Shown one piece after another: positions 1-6,883 of a DNA stretch of 8,471 nucleotides. Source of the stretch: Octopus sinensis (lineage: Eukaryota); NCBI RefSeq assembly GCF_006345805.1, contig NW_021828414.1, forward strand, positions 1 to 8,471, in the 5' to 3' direction. Within the stretch, counting starts at the first letter, position 1, and every line of letters begins with the position of its first letter. Position numbers and translations under genes: made by a program. The notes beneath the pieces are model-generated. The model ran no database searches and was not told where the DNA came from. It was given only the letters and a program-made list of their open reading frames with translations.

Positions 1-9
1 CTAAACCAG

Positions 10-57
10 ACCACCACCACCACCACCACTACTACCACCACCACCACCACCATCTCC

Positions 58-94
<37 letters not shown>

Positions 95-158
95 TACTAC
101 TACTACTACTACTTCTACTATTACTACTACTACTGCTGCTGCTACTACTACTACTACT
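10..158. repeat. Compound trinucleotide microsatellite (ACC)n-(ACT)n-(GCT)n-(ACT)n
   Basis: Read directly: ACC runs grade into ACT runs with a short GCT block. The register slips near 94-95 (actatactac). Confidence 0.97.
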
Positions 159-740
159 TACCAATGCTGGTGCTGACAATTGCTATCTTAACTCTCGACT
201 GCGAATAATTCCGTTCCACGCACACTCCACCAATAAGATTAGGCAATAAATACATTTAAAACACACGACGTTTATCGAAACGGGAAGAATCACATTAAAA
301 ATGTCTCGTTGTTTGCTCACCAGAAAGCTGCTCTGAACGGTTCAGGCGGTTTACTTCACAAAGCATGAAACGAGATCTTCTTTTCACATTCATTTTTTTC
401 TCTCTCTCTCTCTCTGTTTGTACGACGTGTTTTGGCAGACATTTTGTTTCTTTTTTCTTCTTTATTTTGCGCAAGGAAGAAAAAATAGCAAATATAGGGA
501 TTTTAGGTTTAATCTTACTTTTTTTTTACTCTCTTTTACTTGTTTTCAAGTCATTTGACTGTGGGCCATGCTGCAGCACCGCCTTTTAGTCGCTCGAGCA
601 AATCGACCCCAGGACTTATTCTTTGTAAGCCTAGTACTTATTCGGTCGGTTCTCTTTTTGCCGAACCGCTAAGTTACGGGGACGTAAACACACCAGCATC
701 GGTTTGTCAAGCGATGTTGGGGGGACAAACACAAATGCAT

Positions 741-742
<2 letters not shown>

Positions 743-787
<45 letters not shown>

Positions 788-795
788 CATATATA
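743..795. repeat. (AC)n(AT)n microsatellite inside SINE copy A
   Basis: Read directly. Confidence 0.97.
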
Positions 796-878
796 CGACG
801 GGTTTCTTTCAGTTTCCTTCTACCGAATCCACTCACAAGGCTTATAGTAGAAGACACTTGCCCAAGATGCCACGCAGT

Positions 879-932
879 GGAAATGAACCCGGCACCATGT
901 GGTTAGTAAGCAAGCTACTTACCACACAGCCA
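879..932 (-). promoter_or_regulatory. Pol III type-2 internal promoter (A and B boxes) of SINE copy A
   Basis: A-box TGGCTGTGTGG and degenerate B-box GGTTCATTTCC with tRNA-like spacing. Activity is unknown. Confidence 0.65.
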
Positions 933-997
933 CTCCTACCCCTGGTTTGTTTCGAAATACAGACGAAAGGGAACATTGGAAATAGAACCAAAGTTTC

Positions 998-1132
998 AAA
1001 AAAGAAAGAAAGAGAGAGAAAGAAAGAAAGAAAAGAAAGGAAAGAAAGAAAGAAAGAAAGAAAGAAAGAAGGAAAGAAAGAAAGAAGGAAAGAAAGAAAG
1101 AAAGAAAGAAAGAACGAAAGAACGAAAGAAAA

Positions 1133-1168
<36 letters not shown>

Positions 1169-1192
1169 ACGAAAGAAAGGAAGGAAGAAAAA
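998..1192. repeat. (AAAG)n / (GAAG) polypurine microsatellite, ~190 bp
   Basis: Read directly. It accounts for the KERK-rich and FLSF-rich ORFs on both strands. Confidence 0.98.
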
Positions 1193-1399
1193 TGAATCCT
1201 TATCTGCATTGCTGAGAATGATCTCATAATTTTGTAACAAACAGTGATTGGACGAGAGGAGGGAAAATGTCCAACGGGTGTCATTGATATATCGTGAATA
1301 TAAAGAATTTTTTTTCTAATAAGCTAAAGAATATTAACAAAAGAACGGCGGCTGAAAAAGAGAAATTACCCGTTGACTTTAGCTCTACAAATATTTTCA

Positions 1400-1680
1400 T
1401 AGCGTTTTCTGTGTCTTTCATCATCCATTGACAAAATTGCTAAAGACTTTAATCTCTTCTATGTCATGGCCGATAGTTAATACATCTTTAAAAGCATTAG
1501 TTTACAAAGCCTCTTTCCCATGACCATTTACACGAGTCGTAAGCGTTATTCTTAATGCAGCTCACAGATTTGGCATGACAGCCAATAACTTATTAATACT
1601 GACGAATCTAACGGCTTCTCTCGGAAGCTTTATAACTCCATTAAATAATTCTTTTGCAATATCAAGTTCAGATGGGATTA
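1400..1680 (-). pseudogene. Degenerate hAT-superfamily transposase fragment (C-terminal dimerisation domain, ZMYM1-like type)
   Basis: Manual minus-strand translation across two frameshifts and in-frame stops gives ...RFVSINKLLAVMPNL*AALRITLTTRV / SWERGF / KLMLLKMY*LSAMT*KRLKSLAILSM. This matches the well-known hAT dimerisation motif FPNL..ALRI.LT.PV..ASGERSFSKLKLIK.YLRSTM.QERL..LAILSIE (Pfam Dimer_Tnp_hAT). No TIRs identified. Confidence 0.75.
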
Positions 1681-1842
1681 TACGTTCCGTCTGTTTAATA
1701 AACAGGTAGTGTACAGTTATGGGGATTTTTAATAAACAATTATATTTCAAAATTCACGTTACATGTAAGTCCGTACATGCCTACAGATCTTTCGAAATAA
1801 TTTTTACAAAATAGTATGTACCGCATAAATTTCTTGAATTTT

Positions 1843-1990
1843 ATCTTACAATATCTAAGTTTAAAGTTACACCCGCTTTCGATTAACGTTGCCATATTTG
1901 TTAGCGTTAACCAGAATGAGCTACAAAATGTCCCTAACCTTTATCAAAAAGCCAACCGACCCTTTTTTGAAATAAACCATTTTTGGTATC
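1843..1990 (+). repeat. Diverged direct repeat, copy 1 (partner at 3720-3935)
   Basis: 1843-1872 vs 3720-3749 match 26/30. 1907-1935 vs 3862-3890 match 24/29. AAACCATTTTT is shared (1974-1984, 3921-3931). Blocks are colinear. Confidence 0.8.
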
Positions 1991-2098
1991 AGTTTTCACA
2001 GGTCTTGATAGGAAAAAAATAAGGAAGAAGCTTTGAATTTTCGCCTCTAAAAGTGAATAGAACTTCGGCGATTTTAGAAAGTCCATATTAATCCCAAA

Positions 2099-2324
2099 TT
2101 TGGGGTCTATTTAGAAAACACCACTTTTGAGGCCGGAGGCTTTTGGGTTTATTTAGATAACACCACTTTTGAGGCCGGAGTCTTTTGGGTCTATTTAGAA
2201 AACACCATTTTTGAGGCCGGAGGCTTTTGGGTCTAAGTAGATAACACAACTTTTGAGGCCGGAGGCTTTTGGGTCTATTTAGATAACAACACTTTTGAGG
2301 CCGGAGGCTTTTGGGTCTATTTAG
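2099..2324. repeat. 42-bp minisatellite, ~5.4 copies (consensus TTTTGGGTCTATTTAGATAACACCACTTTTGAGGCCGGAGGC)
   Basis: Units start at 2099, 2141, 2183, 2225, 2267 and 2309 (partial), with only a few substitutions per unit and no indels. Confidence 0.97.
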
Positions 2325-2636
2325 TAAATAATTCTCTCGAAGAATCAATTTTGAAACAATTGTTCGTATCTTGCTCGTCACCGATTATGTAGGCCATTCT
2401 GACCTAATACAGTGGATCAATTGGAAAAAGTAGAAGATGGGGCCACAAATATTTCTCTTTCAGAATTTACGAATACCCGAATACCAATATACAGGCTGCT
2501 TCGTTTATTTCGTGTATCTTCGCTGAACTTGCATCTTTCGCAAAATGCCAGGCGCTAAAATCTGATCCCTCACTAAGAACTGAACTGGAGAAGTGTAGAG
2601 ACCCAATTGGGATTTGTTCACCTCCCAACCCATTTG

Positions 2637-2745
2637 TTACTCTCTTTTGCTCTTTTACTTGTTTCAGTCATTTGACTGTGGCCATGCTGGGGCACCGCCT
2701 TTGGTCGAACAAATCGACCCCAGGACTTATTCTTTATAAGCCTGG
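2637..2745 (-). mobile_element. Family 1 SINE, 3' fragment (left arm of the fold-back)
   Basis: Matches the 3' end of copy A (527-633) in the same orientation and has the same AAAAGAGAGTAA tail type. Truncated at CCTGG (2741-2745). Confidence 0.92.
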
Positions 2746-3084
2746 GCAAGTGTCTTCTACTATAGCCTCGAGCCGACCAAAGCCTTGTGAGTAGATTTGT
2801 TAGACGGAAACTGAAAGAAGCCCGTCGTAAATATGTATGTATGTATGTATGTATGTATGTGTGTATATGTTTGTGTGTTTGTGTTTGTCTCCCCAACATC
2901 GCTTGACAACCGATGCTGGTGTGTTTACGTCCCCGTCACTTAGCGGTTCGGCAAAAGACACCGATAGAGTAAGTACCAGGCTTACAAAGAATAAGTCCTG
3001 GGGTCGATTTGTTCGACTAAAGGCGGTGCTCCAGCCTGGCCGCAGTCAAATGACTGAAACAGATAAAAGAATAAAAAAGAATAA
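2741..3084 (+). mobile_element. Family 1 SINE lacking the tRNA head (starts at the CORE-like TGGGCAAG), with an internal (TATG)n
   Basis: Colinear with the reverse complement of copy A from GGGCAAGTGTCTT to the tail. (TATG)n at ~2832-2859. Tail AAAAGAATAAAAAAGAATAA. Confidence 0.93.
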
Positions 3085-3358
3085 ATTAGCTTGCAACCAA
3101 GCTTTACAATATATATTTTTATATACACATTCATTTCATTTGTTCTTCAACGATTATTGACTGTTACAAATCCAAAAATCATTTTTAATATTTGAACAAT
3201 ATATAACATATTTGGCAATCCTTTTCCTATTGTTTAATTCTTCCCTTTTGTTAATTAGTATTTGTTCATTTAATTTGCATTGCACGTTTATTGTTATATT
3301 CACACTGCATTCACTAAAGGCGTAAACGCACAGCTTGGTTTTGTAATTATGTTCGCTT

Positions 3359-3680
3359 ATCTTTCGACAAACATTTACCTTTCGACAAATTTTCATCTTT
3401 CGACAAACGTTTATCTTTCGACAAATTTTCATCTTTCGACAAACGTTTATCTTTCGACAAATTTTCATCTTTCGACAAACGTTTATCTTTCGACAAACGT
3501 TCATCTTTCGACAAACTTTCATCTTTCGACAAACGTTTATCTTTCGACAAATTTTCATCTTTCGACAAACGTTCATCTTTCGACAAACGTTCATCTTTCG
3601 ACAAACGTTTATCTTTTGACAAACGTTCATCTTTCGACAAACGTTTATCTTTCGACAAACTTTCATCTTTCGACAAACGT
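3359..3680. repeat. 18-bp minisatellite, ~17.9 copies: constant ATCTTTCGACAAA plus a variable 5-mer
   Basis: Strict 18-bp period from 3359. The 13-mer is invariant except for one substitution each in units 2 and 15. The 5-mers are CGTTT, TTTTC, CGTTC, CTTTC and one CATTT. Confidence 0.98.
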
Positions 3681-3719
3681 ACAAGAAGATTTTTGAAGCA
3701 GATAACTTCCTTGGATCTG

Positions 3720-3935
3720 ATCTTACAACTTATAAGTTTAAAATTACACTTCAATTTTACTAAATATTCTACGGCCCCGGTTCAAGTAGAAGAAAACGTT
3801 TACAACACAACTAGGTATAACCTGTTAATATTACCAATATTAACAGGGAATATTGGTAATATTAACCAGTACGAGCTACAATACTTCCCTATCAAAATGA
3901 TCGCTGACACTTTTTCCAGCAAACCATTTTTAGCC
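3720..3935 (+). repeat. Diverged direct repeat, copy 2 (partner at 1843-1990), 78 nt longer in the middle
   Basis: Same three homology blocks as copy 1. The gap between blocks 1 and 2 is 112 nt here and 34 nt in copy 1. Confidence 0.8.
3821..3866. other. Two overlapping perfect inverted repeats (12-bp stem with 3-nt loop; 18-bp stem with 7-nt loop)
   Basis: CCTGTTAATATT (3821-3832) / AATATTAACAGG (3836-3847), and GTTAATATTACCAATATT (3824-3841) / AATATTGGTAATATTAAC (3849-3866). Both pairs are exact reverse complements. Confidence 0.95.
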
Positions 3936-4192
3936 TGTTTTGATATGCGCTAACCAACAAAATTTGTTTTTTAGTTTTCGTACATAAATGTGAAAAGAAT
4001 TTTCCCGACTTCTTTCAACCCACGTAAACCCTGAATTTCGGATCCCTTTAGATAGATTCATTATTGCGGCCAGAGGTACTGTTTTTAGGCCCACGTTTAT
4101 AAGGCGTCTCTCAACTTTCTCGTAACCATATTTTCACTCACATCTACTTACAAAAATACACATGATGCTGTAAATTTCGCATAATACTAATT

Positions 4193-4499
4193 TTTATTTA
4201 TGCGCCCTTTTCAAACCTAGCCAGGCTCATGGGCCCGGTTTCTCGGTTTCTGTGGCGTATGATTTCCCCCCAGCTGAACGGGACGCCAGTCCATCGCAGC
4301 GTTACCCAAGAAACAGGAAGAAAGAGTGGGGGAAAGTTGGGGCGAAAGAGTACAACAGGGGGGTCGCCACCATCCCCTGCCGGAGCCTCATGAAGCTTTA
4401 TGTGTTTTCACTCAATAAGCACACACGACGCCCGGTCTGGGAATCGAAACCGCGACCCTCCGACCACAAGCCCTAACCACTGGGCCATTGCGCCTCCAT
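4193..4499 (-). mobile_element. tRNA-derived SINE (family 2), complete, with an 11-bp TSD
   Basis: The minus strand starts GGAGGCGCAATGGCCCAGTGGTTAGGGC. A-box TGGCCCAGTGG (4487-4477), B-box GGTTTCGATTCC (4451-4440), A-rich tail. Perfect TSD TAATACTAATT at 4182-4192 and 4500-4510. Confidence 0.92.
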
Positions 4500-4610
4500 T
4501 AATACTAATTAGAGTTATTAAGAACCTTGTTAAAGATATTTCTTCTTTTCATCTTTTTCATTAACACTTTCATCCATAGCATTACTTATTTCTATTAGTA
4601 AATGATATTA

Positions 4611-4933
4611 GTGAGGGCGCGTGGCTTAGTGGTTAGGGCATTCGGCTCATGATCGTAAGGTTGTGAGTTCGATTCCCGGCGACGCGTTGTGTCCTTGAGC
4701 AAGACACTTTATTTCACGTTGCTCCAGTCCACTCAGCTGGCAAAAATGAGTTGTACTTGTATTTCAAAGGGTCAGCCTTGTCACTCTCTGTGTCACGCTG
4801 ATTATCCCCGAGAACTACGTTAAGGGTACACGTGTCTGTGGAATGCTCAGCCATTTGCACGTTAATTTCACGAGCAAGTTGTTCCGTTGATCGTATCAGC
4901 TGGGACCCTCGTCGTCGTAACCGGCGGAGTCTT
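4611..4933 (+). mobile_element. tRNA-derived SINE (family 3) with a CORE-like domain, complete, with a 12-bp TSD
   Basis: A-box TGGCTTAGTGG (4622-4632), B-box GTTCGATTCC (4667-4676), CORE-like TGTGTCCTTGAGCAAGACACTT. Perfect TSD TAAATGATATTA at 4599-4610 and 4934-4945. Confidence 0.93.
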
Positions 4934-5081
4934 TAAATGATATTAATAGCATTTTTTATGTTATTTTAATAGCTTTTTCAAATTTCATTTTACTGCAAAG
5001 ATTAGGTTTCAAATTTCACTAATGAATTTTAAGTACTAATTTACTGCTGTATATTATATCATTTCTGATCATTTCAAACTA

Positions 5082-5620
5082 TTGGTTTGTCCGGAAAGTT
5101 CGTGCCGATTTATAGCAGCTTACCTTTCGACTTATTTTAGAACATGGTTGAGTCCATAAAATAGGATTTGATTACACCTCCATTTAGAGCACAGTTTAAG
5201 CTATCTTTTCGTGGAAGAAGGTTTATGTTCCTATAACCTGTGCTAATTCTATAACCATTTAAAATGGAAGATAAGAAAGTTCATTTTCGGCACTTGATGC
5301 TTTGGGAACCAGACAAAAATTGCTGCAGCTCGGTTGGGATGTGTTACCCCATCCTCCGTATTCACCAGATATTGCTCCTTTGGAGAATAGTCTTAATGGT
5401 AAAAATTTCAATTCCTTGGATGACGTAAAAAGATACCTTGATGAATTCTTTGCCATGAAACCACCCCAATTATGGGAAGAGGGTTTTTCAGTTAAGGAAG
5501 ATGGAGACGAATTGTGCAAACCACATGGTTCATATTTGGATGATTAAAAATGTAATGGCAAGTATTTATTGACCTTTTTCTTTCCTTTAAAAATCGGCAC
5601 GAACTTTCCGGACAACCCAA
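5082..5620 (+). mobile_element. Non-autonomous, internally deleted mariner (Tc1/mariner) element, 539 bp
   Basis: 30-bp TIRs TTGG(T/G)TTGTCCGGAAAGTTCGTGCCGATTT at 5082-5111 and 5591-5620 (29/30 identical). TA on both sides (5080-5081, 5621-5622). Transposase remnants inside. Confidence 0.96.
5264..5547 (+). pseudogene. Mariner transposase remnant: 15 N-terminal codons joined out of frame to the C-terminus
   Basis: ATG at 5264 gives MEDKKVHFRHLMLWE, a mariner-type N-terminus. At ~5308 it joins TRQKLLQLGWDVLPHPPYSPDIAP (mariner HPPYSPDLAP motif) and then LENSLNGKNFNSLDDVKRYLDEFF. The expected SDYHLF segment is absent, and there is a probable further frameshift near 5484. Confidence 0.93.
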
Positions 5621-5646
5621 TAATTTGGAGAACACTTACATCGATA

Positions 5647-5922
5647 CTAGCTGGCCCCGTGCCGTCAAAAATGACGACTGATTGTAGTATTTTGTATATA
5701 AATGTGGATGGTAAATCAAATTAATATACTTCTTAATGTTATCTAGTGGTTGTCTTTTGAGATGTGACATCGATCATCATTTATTACTGAATGAACGCTG
5801 GTTCACACATACATTCACATATTTCCCTTGTACAAGCACACACATACATATACTCACACAGAGTTGAAACGCTGTTTGAATTTTTCTTTTTAGCGTTGAA
5901 TGTTCACCATCCCACTTCCATT

Positions 5923-5956
<34 letters not shown>

Positions 5957-6128
5957 TCACATACCTCCCTTTTACTTACACACACACACACACACATACT
6001 CACAGAGAGTTGAAACGTTCCCACTACCAGTTTGTCATCGCCCCTTCCTTCCTTATTCATCTATCACCCCTTCCTTTCTCATTCATATGTTATGACGGAG
6101 AAAAACACAAGAGTATTATTATAGTAGA
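5647..6128 (-). mobile_element. Candidate non-autonomous Helitron (~482 bp) with internal (CA)n and a duplicated module
   Basis: The minus strand begins TCTACTATAATAAT (6128) and ends ...GTCGTCATTTTTGACGGC-ACGGGGCCAG-CTAG followed by T. The hairpin (CGTCA/TGACG, extendable with a G-T and a G-C pair) lies 10 nt before the terminal CTAG, as in canonical Helitrons. Caveat: the base before the 5' TC is G rather than the expected A. Confidence 0.62.
5924..5996. repeat. Two (CA)n microsatellites (5924-5955, ~5979-5996) inside the Helitron candidate
   Basis: Read directly. Confidence 0.95.
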
Positions 6129-6167
6129 CGATTACATTTCAGTAGGTTATTTTCCTATTCCTGTGTT

Positions 6168-6841
6168 GTGACACACGTTCGAGGTGCATTCTAGGCGATT
6201 TTCTCGCTTCTCCCCTCTCTCACATTTCTTGGCCCTCTCTTTCTTTAATTCCCACTTTTCCTCCTCGTTTATCTCTCCTGTACCTTTCGCTTTGTCTCTT
6301 TGACTTTTTCTAATCCTTCAATCTCGCTTCCCTCTATCCCTCTCCCCCTTCCACGTGGCCGGTGTCCAGCCAGCCATGATCTTTCTTTCTTGGCCTGACT
6401 GCCGACCGCCAACCCCTCTTATGTCCATCTCCTATGTTCATGCTTTAGGCTTTCACTTCATACACGCCAGCTCAATTTGAATCGTCCCCAGTCGAAAGAC
6501 ACCTGTTGTTATATTCTTGTTGCTTGTATTTGTAATTATGTACCATATTCTCCATTTTTAGTCTTTCTTGCCGTACACATTCGCTAGCTTTCTTACAAAA
6601 AACTCTAATACTCTTAGCTTAGACTTTATTGGGGGAACGAGACCGAACAGTCTCAAGTGTATCTGCCCGAAACTGTAAGGACATCTGGTAACTTGACTGA
6701 AGAAAGAAAACCACGAATGATCCGTCCTCTTTTTCCCTGTCTTTCTAATTTTTGCTTTTCCCGTCCGCCTTTGTATTGTCTATCTGTCAAATGTTTTATT
6801 GTCCTCTATTGCGTTTTTCCATTTTTTTCATTTTTTATATT

Positions 6842-6844
<3 letters not shown>
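6168..6844. other. Pyrimidine-rich block, possibly an unclassified interspersed repeat
   Basis: Strong C/T skew on the + strand, begins TGTGACA, and ends at a SINE microsatellite. No TSD or matching terminus found. The repeat status is inference only. Confidence 0.3.

Positions 6845-6883
<39 letters not shown>

Larger units (their letters stand above)
519..942 (-). mobile_element. tRNA-derived SINE, near full length (called family 1, copy A here), with an internal microsatellite
   Basis: The minus strand starts GGGGTAGGAGTGGCTGTGTGGTAAG at 942. A-box TGGCTGTGTGG (932-922), B-box-like GGTTCATTTCC (889-879), CORE-like CTTGGGCAAG, internal (AT)/(GT) repeat (743-795), A-rich tail. Highly similar to 2637-3084, 6845-7034 and 7666-7885. 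No TSD found. Confidence 0.93.

Noticed and set aside
10-158. Poly-Thr (mucin-like) coding sequence from ACC/ACT repeats
   Set aside because: The register slips at ~94, and there is no start or splice context. It is a plain microsatellite.
321-366. Possible minus-strand first exon ATG...MLCEVNRLNRSEQLS followed by GTGAGC
   Set aside because: Only 46 nt, no recognisable peptide, and such ATG/GT pairs arise readily by chance. It would need RNA-seq support.
540-1284. Long ORFs (229, 132, 121 and 79 aa) with KERK/FLSF/HTHT runs
   Set aside because: Stop-free read-through of a SINE and of (AC)n and (AAAG)n tracts, open on both strands.
1762-1779. Short hairpin CATGTA-N6-TACATG
   Set aside because: A 6-bp stem is expected by chance in 8 kb, and it is not linked to a CTAG or other terminus.
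2088-2381. 97-aa ORF with 14-aa repeats (LNRPKSLRPQK)
   Set aside because: Translation of the 42-bp minisatellite, with no independent coding evidence.
3359-3680. CRISPR-like array (constant repeat plus variable spacer)
   Set aside because: 13-nt repeat with 5-nt spacers drawn from four related variants, no cas genes, and a eukaryotic context. The 42-bp array is rejected for similar reasons.
3280-3754. Overlapping repeat-protein ORFs (LSTNVH, LSKDE, CRKMNV)
   Set aside because: The 18-bp unit is open in most frames, so the ORFs follow automatically from the repeat.
4613-4686. Functional tRNA (the loop CTCATGA would give anticodon CAT)
   Set aside because: The acceptor and anticodon stems pair poorly, and it continues into a SINE body bounded by a 12-bp TSD. 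It is a SINE head. The same applies to the heads at 870-942 and 4430-4497.
5259-5519. 86-aa minus-strand ORF
   Set aside because: Antisense shadow of the mariner transposase remnant.
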